From the NCBI GenBank assembly GCA_032718475.1, contig JAUCBJ010000649.1, positions 1 through 53,648 of the forward strand: a DNA stretch of 53,648 nt, read 5' to 3'. The DNA comes from Nemertoderma westbladi (taxonomy: Eukaryota; Animalia; Xenacoelomorpha). Each line of letters opens with the position of its first letter. Position 1 is the stretch's first letter. Below the pieces are notes generated by a model that saw only the letters and a list, made by a program, of their open reading frames with translations, was not told the origin of the DNA and searched no databases. The position numbers and the translations under genes were made by a program. Of the stretch, positions 35,921 through 48,247 are shown piece after piece.

Positions 35921-37480
35921 CTATAAAATATAAAAAATCACAGTTTCTAAAATATAAAGATACTCTAAACAGTTAGTTTTTCTTGCGCGGACGGCGTTTA
36001 CGCAGTTTCTAGAGACTAGCAAGAGTCCTTTTCTCTTTGGGGTGAGCCACTTTACTAGGAGGGCTATAACTCCTGGGTGAAGGGTGCAATACCATTGCAT
36101 CAGAAGGTTTAGGGTTACGGTCAGTGTCTCATCCATTTCGATCTGCTTCTCCTCGAGCTGATTTTCCTCCGCTTGTCGTTGGACACGCTCGTCCAAACTC
36201 TCGCAGAGAATAGGGTTGTCTAAGCTCGATATCTTCTTAGAGATTCAAGATTTCCCAATCGAACTGAGATAAAGCCAATTCGTTTACCGCTTGGACTTGC
36301 TGTTATAACTTACGTTTATCTGAACAAACGCAGGTTTCCTTTCTGATCTTTGTAGAATAGCGTTTAACTCGTTTCGTACAACGCTCTCCTTCACCTTGAT
36401 GAAGGGTTGTATCGCGTTAAACTGGGACGACCATACGGTTGAATGGTGATATTAGGTGTCCGCGTCCCAATACGGCTAGGTAAGATGGGCGGCTAGCTAG
36501 AGCTTGCTGCCGGAGTGTTACCGATTAATTGTTAGGGTAGCACTAGATCTTTGAACAGTGAATACAGCTCGTGAGGATCCGGGATACCATCAGAATCGAA
36601 AGTCTGAGGTCTAATCAAGGAACGAGGTGGTCTGACCGAGAATTCCGGAACTATGATCGTAGGTTTACTCAAGGATCGTCTGAGTCGAGCGAGCGTAGGT
36701 GATATGTCGAACAAGTTTCGGTTTCCGTGGATGTTTATGTCTTTCCGTTTATTAGTTGGGTCTAGGGCATTTATCGTAATAATACCAAAGACGCACGTCT
36801 GGTAGGGGAAACGCGGATGATATTTATTTGTTGTTACAATGCTTCTATCAAGAATTCCAAATATACGTTAGAGTTACCGCGTCCATTTGTCTCTCTAATG
36901 TCTTTTCTTTCGAGTCGATTTCGAATAGAATTTTCGCATTCGAATTTCAGTTTATCGTTCCGACTCCGCTAGGTAGGATATATGTTCGACATAGACCGTA
37001 TCGTGTGAATCGATAGAATGGCCAATGGTTAAGAAGTCCATATACGTACTATTACGATGCGTGTAGCGAGCGGTGAATTTTCCATAGTCCAATTCACGCG
37101 TAAGTTGCTTCGAGGAAATCGTCGGTTCGATATAACGACCATCGTCCTCCGTAGTAGTTGGACTAGCGTCGCCGCGTATCAAACTATCAACAAACACTTG
37201 TAAAGGTAGAGTATATCGCTCCCCGATACCAAGACCATCTTCTATCAACTCCGTTATATCTGCTATATATGAGTTTATTAATATTATAATGAGCTTATAA
37301 TTAGGCTAGCGAGCATCGCTGCCTACCCCAATCAGCCCCCGGACATTGTACGATCCTCAGCGCAAATGTATCGTCGTCGCTGTGTTTTCCGCCAACGTGT
37401 AGCTACACAACGACAACGACACTAGCACGAGTCACTCCACTGTCCGTCCCAAAGGCTTAGATACACTTCAGGTTCTTACT
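35921..37480 (-). pseudogene. Decayed accessory gene of element 2 (function uncertain; weak SGNH/GDSL resemblance)
   Basis: GC-richer, ORF-dense block in the env position. A 67-nt GT-AG intron (37326-37260) joins CPGADW|DITELIEDG in frame. Several stops and frameshifts follow. Confidence 0.45.
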
Positions 37481-38907
37481 GGAGAATTAGGGTTACTTTC
37501 ACAATTGCGACTCGCTACTGTAAACACACCTTAGTAGTAACATTCGCCTATAAACTCACAAATTCCACACACACAACTGTCACAAATTACACACACTCGG
37601 GCCATTTGTCCGTTAGTCAGTGCCTTCCAGAATGCCACGTTATTATTATGTATCCTTGGATACTAGCAGTGCGCTATTTATTTCTTACTATGCAATGGGG
37701 CAAGCTTTCTATTGTTCTTTTTAACTTGTTTCTAATTCTAGCGTGGGTGTTACTATGGTGACATTATGGAAAGCTAGCGGTAGAATTAGGGTAATTCCAA
37801 TGCCTACAGATCTGGGATGCTATTTAATAGTAATTCTTTAATGGTCCAATATCTCGTTTATATATGATTTTATAAATTTTATCGGCTATTGACTCATACA
37901 TGGGAGATTCTCACACTCTAACACATTTAATAAGATGAATCTCCGCTCCCGTGATCTATTAATTAATGGGATTTTGGGAATGTTATAAATTGCACAGAAT
38001 GACAATTTATTAAATTCATTAAAATATGAATTCAAATTTATTCCCTGAAATTTTATTATTTGATAGTGCAATTGACACAATTTGATTCCAGAGCAGGTCT
38101 GGGGACATAGGATCCTTAATTCTATGAAAATTGTCTTTTAAGAGTATCGGTAAGTGCTACGATATCTTAATCGACTAGAATTGTTAAAGGATCTGAATTT
38201 TACAGATTTTGATTTATAGATTTATAAATATTAAATAATTAATATTTGAGATGGACACCAATTTATTCCAGAACTTGTCTGGGGACGTTAACCACTGATT
38301 CTAGAATTTGTCTTTCAAGTATATCAGTGGGTGCCGCGATATCTTAATCGACTAGAATTACAGATGGTCAAAAGGTTTAACAGATTTATTTGCATTTCAC
38401 GCTACTGTTAGAGGGACATCACGCTACTATATGTATTATTGTATATGGTATGAGAGCAATATCGCACGAAGCAATGTCAGTGTGAAGAGGCAAGTCGTTT
38501 CCAAGGTCTACCCAGAGCTTGGTTTAGCCGAGACACGAGGATCTGAACTTTGCATTCCTAATACTCTGCCTACCAATAATACTTGAATGTAGTAGTGGCT
38601 TTATTGTACTTTAATAAGTACGGACATTTCATCTTACTGTAGTCACGTATTTATAATATGATACGGACAGTAAGGAAAGAGAAAAAATAATTATTTCTCG
38701 CCGTCGCACTAAATATATATTATAAGTAATTACGTACGTAATAAACACTAATATATTGCACTAATCTACTAAATAATCACTAAAAGAACATTCTACTAAA
38801 TAAAATTAAAGAAAACGATTATAATAAAATTACATAATAATACATACATAAATATAAAATAAAAACAAATATAAAATAATATAGTCACACGCCCACTCCA
38901 TATGTTA

Positions 38908-41900
38908 TTACGTTATGGAGTCCCTAGATATTTGTCGGATTAGGGAAGTGGTCGTAGGAAGAGTATCTTGCCTTCCATAGTTTCCGGACAGTTTTCGGTC
39001 TCTTTCCAGTAAACATAAACGACCAGCTGGGCGATTGAGTTGTTGTGTTACTTTCTCCGCTCCCTTGGCCTGTCTAATCTCCGCCGTGGTAAGATGAGGA
39101 GGCCGTTCTTCTTCTTCTTTACTTAAGAAGTCGGATCCACCTAACCAGCCTGGAGTATCTATCAGTTCTTGAGGAGTTGCTCCTCTGGAAGCAATGTCGG
39201 CTGGGTTAATCGTCCCAAGGCAATGTCTCCATTGATCTACATTGGAGTTAATATCGTCATTATCTGAGGAGTATGGTGTTCCCTCAGTTGGGTCGTCCAC
39301 CTCACTGCTCTCCACTTCCCATTCCTTTACTTGGTATACCTGTTCTTGAGGTAATCTCTCTTTGAGAGTTCTACGGGAAGGGCCAGTGAAGTACCAACCT
39401 ACTCTAGTTCTTACTGCATAGGTTTGTAGTGGCTGTGGTTGAGCAGGCCGTTTCTCCAATGTCTCTAGCGCCTCATGCGCGTTTTGGCCGATGAGTATTT
39501 GCACTCCAGGATAATCTGTGTGGAATCGAGGTATCTTAAGCTGCTGGATGCTCTCGTCCTCGTCCCAGTTATAAGGTTCTACTTGGGTAGTAGCGAAGTT
39601 CTTTATAGCTACCATTTTTACTGACCTTATACTTTGTGCTCCTAATTTATCCTGGGGGGTGGACAACGCACCTACATAGTAATCTGCCGTTATGGTAGAT
39701 TTCCAAACCTGCATAATTCCAGACATATTCAACTTAGTTCGGAATTTGGGTTGTCCAGCAAAGATATCTTCGCCTAGTTCTTGATCGATGAATGTTCCTG
39801 TGCTGCCGGAGTCAAGGAGGGCGTTCACTATGTAACTTTTGTTAGGGCCGTGAACTCTTACCTGCACTACAGGAAATTCTCTGATTCCTACGTTGGAATT
39901 TGGAGCTTTCCAAGATGGTTGTCTGTCAAAAGTAGTTGGGGGGAACTCATTGTCAGTGTCCTTTTCGTAAGTAAGTGCTCGATACACTGCGGTATTTATT
40001 AGGTAACAGGATTCGTTGGCGTCGGAGAATTCGTCAGTATAGAATCCTTCCATCTCAGATTCTTGATCAGTGTCATTTACATCACTGAATTGGACATGTA
40101 GTTCGGGCTCACTTACCTGACTCGGGTTGTTTCGTTCGAATTCACTGTGTAACAAGATGTGATGTTTCGCACCGCACTTTGCACACCTTACGTCGGAGTA
40201 ACAGGTTCGCCGTTGGTGTCCTGGTCTGAGGCAATTATAGCATAACCGCTTATCCCACATGACTTCACATCTGTCTACCAGGGATTTCTTTAGGAATTCA
40301 GCACACGCACTCAAACGGTGGGGCCCGTCGCACAGCGCACAGTTTGGTTTGATGTTACTCACTTTACCTTGGGTAATGTTATGCACTCTCGTTCTTTCTT
40401 CGGGCTTTCTTCCGTGCATTCTGTTAGGAGACTGAGGAGGAGTCTTGGCAACCTGTTCTCTCCTATCGTTGGTTCGAGCCTTGTATTTACTTACGTCCTT
40501 TGAGGTTTTGTTAACGTAGTAAAATCTGTCAGTGTCTTTCCCGCTGTCCTCTTCTTGAGAAGCTTGGCTTTCGCCGTCGTCAGTGTAACACACTGGTGTT
40601 ACTCTTCTCCTAGAAACGGGTTTCTCACTTACCTTATTTTCCGATGTTTTCTCTCTGGACTGCTTTATGAGTTGTAGTTTTACTTCACCATCTAAGAAGG
40701 ACATGAGATCAGCCATGGTAGGGCCTCGTCGTTGCTGCTCATTCATATACAACACTTTCTTGTCCCAGCGTGTACATACTCCACCCTTTGGTAAAGTAGA
40801 GACTACGGCTCCAATAACCATGGAACTCTGATATTCATGAGACTTACCTAACCAGTCCAATTGTCTACAGATCTCCTGAATCTCATCGGAAAACTCTATA
40901 ATCCCGCTACTAAGGAACTTTCGGGGGGCTACTAATTTTGCATACAAATACTTAGCTATGTTATCCTTGTTACCATACCTGATGTTTAATGTATCCCAAA
41001 CTTGTCTTAATCCATCTGGATGTCCAATAAACTTTAACGCCATTAACTTGGGAGGTCCTTCCAAGCACTTGATGAGGAATCTAAGTTTCTCTCCGTTAGA
41101 CAGTACAGAGTTCTGTATGCTATCTTTGTAATATTCATTGAAAGGTAACCATTTCATCTCATCTCCATTGAATTTGACGATTTCTCCCACTTTGACCGCT
41201 TGGCGGGCTTCTGTTCTAGCCATCTGACGCGTAAAGCTTTCTTGGGCCATCGTGTTATTTAATATCGAATTATCGGTATATAAATTTCCCGGATTATTAT
41301 CAGGTCTATAGGGAATATCATCAACAACAGGTTTATAATCACCCTTAATAGGGTTTGCTATAGGAGTTTCTACTTCACTAGCAGTATAGATGCGTGTAGG
41401 CTCCACACCTTGCGCATGTAATACTTCAGACCTAACAGGTTGACACACAGTTACAGGGGGTATTGGTATACCCTTTTGTATATTGACTAATTTGTCGCGT
41501 TCTAGCGCGATACTTTGTTGCACTTCTTGCAATTCTAGCGCGATACTTTGCTGCACTTCTTGCAATTCTAACCTACTTTCCCTTACTGTTCCCTTGAGTT
41601 GGTGGACAGTCCCTTCTGAATCTCGGATCTGCTGTGAGGAACATTCTCGGTGCTCTCTCAGCTGCCCGAGCAAGAGACCCATCTCCCGCCGTCCCTCATA
41701 AATCCACTCGACCGCCGAAGCGGGAGTCGCCAACGTAGTAGAGGGCCGACGTGGGATGACGGGAGACAAATCTTGGATTTCTCTCTCGGCGTCAAGAACC
41801 GGGACATTCTCTGGGACTGCTCCACCGGGTGCAAACAGTTTCGTACTGTGTAAAGGGAATTTGGTTGTAGGTTCGGGGAGTACAGGGGCCTCTCTCACCG

Positions 41901-43078
41901 AAGGGGTGTTTTCGAGAACAGGCTTAACTATTTCAGGCTCATCTACTATCGTAGGGAGTCTTTTGACCTTAATAATTTGGTCTGTGGGTTCTGTACTACC
42001 TAAGTCTGTGCTAGCTAGTTGTCTTCTAACAGCTGGGGGCAAATCAGGCAATTTGTGACGGTGAGATGTTTTTCTACGCCTGCTTAGACGAGATCTATTT
42101 CCTCCACCTTCAGGATCGGTGGTCTCGCCTTCCTCCGATGATGTGTATTCTTGGCGCTTGGGAGTAGATCGACTCATCATCTGCATTTGACTAGCAGTTA
42201 ACTGTTTATTTATGCAGTCTTGCGTCTCTTGAAGATTTTCCAACTCCAGTTGGGTGGTCTCTTCAGACGCTCTCTGTTCTGCTTCTGCCAATGCCATTGC
42301 TGCTGCTGCTTTTGCTGCTTCCACTGCCGCTGCCGCTTTTGCCGCTTCCACTGCCGCTGCCGCTTTTGCCGCTTCCACTGCCGCTTTTGCAGCTGCTACT
42401 GCCTTTCTGTCCTCTATACGTTTTTTCTTTACTTGTTCTTCTTGGACTCTAGCGAGGCGGAGTTTTTCATCAAATTTAGCTTGGTTCGCAGCTAACATTT
42501 CCGCATCGATTGCATCCAACACAAGCTTGGTTCCTTCACTATTAGGGCAAAGTCCAGACAGTCGTTTCTCAACTCTTCGTCTCCTAGGAATCGCTGATAG
42601 TCTGACAGATAAATATCAATAGCGTCTCTCTTTTGCGGCCCCCCCGCTGTCACTTCGCTTTCTTCTTGAGAAGAAGTGGCGTCGGTTGATTCTTCAAATG
42701 TTGGCCGCTCATCATAAACCGTATCCGCCATCTTCACTCCGCGTTCGGGCGTCCGCTCAACAGTATCCGAACTACTGGAGCTATCGGGCCGCTGAGAACT
42801 AGGTTCTTGGCTAGGATGTTGCTGCTGTTTGACAGCTGCTTCTTGATCCCGCTTGACTTGGGCCCGAGTGCCGATGATAGACCTACGTTGTTCTACTAGC
42901 CTAGGGTCTGACACTACTACTGTGGGATGGCCTTTTTTACAATAGTAGGTGACTTAGACTTGGATCTAGGATGTTCTATACTTGGATCTGGGTCACTGAT
43001 CTTTTTAAGACACTGTCTAACAGTCATTCTAACACTTTCTAAGAGACTATCCGACAGTGATTGGGTTGTGTCTGACAT
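38908..43078 (-). CDS. Bel/Pao gag-protease polyprotein fused to short RNase H and integrase tail fragments (1204-aa ORF; 5' part frameshifted from ATG 43078)
   Basis: KFNGDEMKW..EKLRFLIKCLEG, CALCDGPHRLSAC..CYNCLRPGHQRRTC..CAKCGAKHHILLH, ALLDSGSTGTF, then QWRHCLGTINPADIASRG..WLGGSDFL and RPAGRLCLLE. Confidence 0.9.
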
Positions 43079-44454
43079 GTTTGTTTACACAGTTGAATGC
43101 CTACGGCTATAAATACAGTTAAAGCAAGTCTAGTAATTCAGTATCACTGTTAGCCTAATAATTAATTACTGATACTGCTACTCAGTGTAGCGTGATATAT
43201 ATATAATATATTAGAATACCGGTATGCTTATAGTATATATATAAGTATTATTACAGACTAGATTTGTCACAGAGTACCGGTATATAATTTTAGCACAAAT
43301 ATATATAAATATATAATAGGCCTATCGTGAATACCGGTATACAGCTGACACTTATAGTATATATAAGTATAATTATTACAGACTAGAATTAATTACAGAA
43401 TACCGGTATGATTTCAGCCTAAATTTATAGAATAAATATAATAAGCCTATTGTAAATACCGGTATGTCAATTATTTTAAAAAATAATTGAATTTCTGAAT
43501 GTTAGGGGTTACTTGGTTACTTTACTTACTTTATTACCGTTATTTAAGCAGCAGTCTAACTGATATTAAGACCTAAGTGTTGTATAACAGGCCTACTATT
43601 TTATTAATAGATTTAGTGGATTTATATGTACCCGTATGAGGGATTTTGTTACAATATTGAAATAGATGTTATTATTTCTGGGAAGTAATCACTACACAAA
43701 AGCTGTGCGCTCTCAGTGAAGTGCTACTTATTGGACACTAAAACAAATAATTCTACTTCCTAAGTTACTTATCTACGAATTACTTACGATACGGGTGAGA
43801 TTAAATCTCTAATTAAACACAACAAAAATATTACGTACGAAATTTTAGGGTAATTTTACAGGGAACTACAAACCAGTCTAACAGAGTGTTAGATTTTCTG
43901 GTTATTACAACGGACAGGATACTACGGTATTTGAAAATAATAAGTAGTAGTAAATACACTGTATTGTCCAGATAGGAAAATACCACCGTCTGACGACCTA
44001 TAGCCATATCGCTATAGGTACTACGTTATGTATCACGGAGTGTCCCTACCTAGAAGTTAATTACCGCGGTCTACCAGAACCAACGTGCCTATTAACCACT
44101 TTACAACACAAATATACTGCCTACACACTAATTACCTTCGGAAAGCACTGTACACTAAACCCTAAATTAGGTACAAGTACTGGTACAACAAATAATCAGT
44201 AGTTAAAAATACTTGAACAGCTAAAAGAACCACGGCATCTGCTGGAGTGACCGGTGCACAAAATCACCAGTCTTTACCTACGCCAAGCAGCCCGTGTAGT
44301 ACCAGGGTTAATTTAACTATAACGGTATATATAACAAGCACAATTACTGTAGGAATAAACTTAGGGATATGAATGTTGCGAATAATCGCATAAACTCTGA
44401 ATAATAAATATTACGCTACCCGTACAGAATACTCAAACAAAATACAAACCAAAT

Positions 44455-44976
44455 GCTGGCAGACTACCATCAAGCCTAAATAAACTACAGTATGTGCAGA
44501 TTCCAAAATGGTTAGTTAGTATGCGTTCTAACACGGTAGTACGACTTATTCTTTAGGAGGGGGTTGACCTTACAATTCAAGATGCCCCAACTTACTAACT
44601 GGCACTTTATCGGACAGACTCTACACACGCAGCAATCTCTTAAGACCTAATAACAGCTAGACAACAATCCAGCCTACAAAATATCTGAGTAATAACTATT
44701 ACGGTACCTGAACAGACCACACAAACAAACACAGGCTAAAACGCTGGCAGACTACTATCAAGCCTAAATAAACTACAGTATATGCAGATTCCGAAATGGT
44801 TAGTTAGTATGCGTTCTAACACGGTAGTACGACTTATTTTTTAGGAGGGGGTTGACCTTACAGCTCTGGCTGCCCCTACTTCCTAACCGGCACTTTATCG
44901 GACAGACTCTACATGCACTGCAATCCGTTCAGACCTAACAACAGTCAGAACAACAGTCCAGCCTACAAATTATCTC
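44455..44976. repeat. ~230-bp direct duplication (period 288) in the element 2 leader
   Basis: gctggcagactac...ccagcctacaaa at 44455 and 44743. Smaller duplications at ~43214-43464 and ~38070-38395. Confidence 0.85.
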
Positions 44977-45258
44977 TGCAATCTGAGCAGGGTTACACGC
45001 CTTCTGCTCAATATTATCCTACTAGTAAATAAAACTGACAGAAATAGACCTAAGTAAAATCCCAATAAAAACCAGGCGTCCCCGATTTAATATCGAGACC
45101 TACCGGTATATAATTATCAAAATCGAATAATACTGCTGTACCTGTACTGCTGTAAGTACCGGTCCGGATGATCAGGCAGTCAGGCCTACAGATTACCGGT
45201 CGACCGGTACTTTAGTCTTGATCGCTTACGCCGTAATCAAGATCCTACAAACTGTTAT

Positions 45259-46503
45259 TGTTCGCGCTTTTAAGACCTTTGGCAGTTTAACCCGCCAAAT
45301 CTATATGTCTTCTAGGTTATAAATCTACTCCAGCCTATGACAAGTATTGAACACCTATAATAATTCTAACATTAGCCAAAGCCAGTCTGTGCGCGACCAT
45401 TCACCCGCTGGATATACCCGGGAGACTGGATTTGGATGCTTAAATTTGATTGCGGTGCAGGCCTACCGTACTATTCGATTGATCGTTAATATATAATCTC
45501 TGACGAATATTATTCACTTTCGGGAAATATTAGCAGTTCCTTTAGGACGTGGCGCTCTATCTATTTAAACAGAGCTATGACTTACACTATACACAACAGT
45601 ATGTCTTATAGATCACCAAAGTGCATTCTTTAGGAAATGCTTTGTTACTCGGTCAAGCACACACAGACTATTGCACACAACTGCACACTGAATTGCCGAC
45701 ATTCACTGATTTTAATCATATATAAAGAGAATAACAACCGACATTTGTAGGGCCTATTAAGTAGCATTGAACTCACTACAAACCACGATAATGTATGTCG
45801 CAAATTGTTATATGTAACCGGTCTCTCTAACCTTAGTGTATCAAGAAGATTGGGTTTTCACATCGTTATCAATATTCTTCCCAATAATAATATGTAAACG
45901 AACGATACAATTAACAACACAGTAAATAGCAGTAAATAATGCGGCGAAAAGCAGTTTACGTCAGGGTGCTTAATCAGATGCCGAGACAGAGACCGAGTAC
46001 TTAACCAAGTTGACCAAGATAACAGTTTGATGATCTTATAATTAAAGACGCTCTAATGTCAGAAAACATTCCCCGGCCGGTGTTCTAGGCATGGGGGAAA
46101 TGTCAGTACTGAATCCTGTAATTCTGCTGTACAGCTTTTACACAAAGAGGGAAACTCTGATTGGTCGAATGGCAAAAAGCTCCACGTGGATACAGCTGAT
46201 AGATGTCGTCATTTTGAGCTGAGCAGAACAAAGAACCAAGGCAAGGCTCCGGGCAAGCTACATGTGTAAAGCTCAGCCGTTAGCTGTCGTCATAGTAACG
46301 ACACTGTTTCAAGAGGATCTAGGGCGTTGCGTCATAGAATTGCTAATCATGTCCTCCAAAGTACACAAGTCATACAGAAGAAATAACTTTTATGTCCCCT
46401 AAAAACACCGGTACAGCAATGACACGGCCTTTTATGCCTGCTAAACCAACTACAGAGTACTTTACGGGGAAAATAACCGGGCAATTCCGCAAAAGCTTTT
46501 ACA
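45259..46503 (-). repeat. 5' LTR of element 2 (1245 bp)
   Basis: Direct repeat of 34657-35894, followed by TSD TAGGG. Confidence 0.97.
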
Positions 46504-47429
46504 TAGGGAGAGCAAACCGTGATGTCTGCAAGGAGAATACAGACTCCCTGGGACATTGTCTGTCAGATATTTTCCAATTGGTCCATATGGCCTGACCTCA
46601 AAATTATTGGTTTTATTATACATGATTCTATTTTGGGTTGCTTTGATACTTTAGTTTACTGTACTCTCCAGACAAAAAATGCAAAAATCTGCGAATCAAT
46701 ATGGGTTGAAGCCCAAACGAAGTGCAATGCTTATATGGTGGGGTTATTGTACACAGTAGAAGGAAATATTACGCATCCTGTAATTATGAGGTACCCATTG
46801 TTGTACAAGTAAAGGAGACAATATTGTGTTAGGAGTTAGGAAGGCCCTTCACATGCGTGATGAGTATCTGTAGTTAGTGTACCTTGAGTAATGTGCTAAT
46901 AGTAGAGTGACCAGATGTTGGAGTTATTGGTTTTATCGGTGTATTTAATATTTCGATATCGGATGGAGGACTTCATTCCTAGAGTGCAGTTCTGCATCAA
47001 ATATAACCTACTGTATCGGTGTATTTGGTTATTAGTAAGATTTATTGGTATTATACGTTGTTCTCAATGTAGTTGCAATATCATTATTGGTGTATTGGTG
47101 AGATGTATAGCAGGACTAGTTGATATCAGAAACATTATACTTTGTAAGTCACACAACCGTTCTTATTTTATGACACTCCCTCCGGGGTCTAAACAAATCG
47201 CTCGACAAGAGTTTCCGACATTCAAGAATCTTCCCCATTAGTTAAAATAGGCGACAAAACAATTAAACTCAAACATACAGCAACATTTCTGTTATGTCAT
47301 ATTTCACGTTATGTCATATTAATTTAGATATTTAGTCATAAATTTTGTTATATATATTTAGTCATATGGTATTCTACTATGGGGAAACACGTATAATACG
47401 TACATAAATCCTATCAAAATAAAAATTAA

Positions 47430-47810
47430 TAAAATGATACGTGCCATTAGTTTTAACCATTACCAGGCTCACGCTGCACCCATTTACAAATCCCTATAAT
47501 TCCTCCCTATCGATTTAGTATATAACCTAGAATTACTGTCAATAAATTAATGTACGCCATCCGCAATGAAACGAAACCGCAAGCACTTCGTCATTATTCC
47601 AAAAGACATCCCAAATACACACACACAATACTCGTTCCCGCTCTGCTGGTCATTATTTTATCCCTTCCACTAGACTAGTAGCAGCCCAAAAATCACTTCG
47701 GAATGAAGGATCTGTAATCTGGAATTCGTTACCACATTGCATCAAATTTAAAAAATCTCTTTCAATTTATAAAAGCACTAAAGACCTATCTTTTCTTAAA
47801 ACTGTCATAA
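47430..47810 (+). pseudogene. Decayed CR1/L2-like LINE ORF2 3' end
   Basis: Fragments read HAAPIYKSL..LPIDLVY, HTHNTRS, IWNSLPHCIK..KALKTYL. Confidence 0.55.
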
Positions 47811-48247
47811 TTTATTACTCAAATTATAATTCTTATTTTCATTTTTCTATTTATATTCCGAAAATGATATGAAAATGTTTATGACATTGTTCTTGAACAG
47901 AAAATATTTTTGTTCTAGGACATACAATTTTATTCTAATAAAGTTGAAGCGAATTTGAAGTCTATTTATTGTCAATAGTTATACTACTTTATAATTCAAA
48001 TAAATTAGCAGATTCTTAACATTATTGCTTAACATCATTTCAAGGCTTTATTCAATTATATTCTAATAAAGTTGAACCGAATTGGAAGTCACTAGTTATA
48101 CTACTTTACCATTTGAATAAACTAACAGGTTGTTAACATTATTGCTTAATATAATTTCAAGGCTTGTTGAAATAGGAAAAAATATACAAAGTTCAAAAAA
48201 TTTGTATTAGATCTAATTAGTACCATTTAAGCGAAGGTTAAGCTAAA

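Larger units (their letters stand above)
34657..46503 (-). mobile_element. Non-autonomous Bel/Pao LTR retrotransposon (element 2, 11.8 kb)
   Basis: TG...CA LTRs and TSD TAGGG (34652-34656, 46504-46508). Gag and protease are present; RT and the integrase core are absent. Confidence 0.96.

Noticed and set aside
47930-48170. ~125-bp tandem duplication upstream of the FReP ATG as a regulatory module
   Set aside because: The duplication is real, but nothing in the sequence supports a function.
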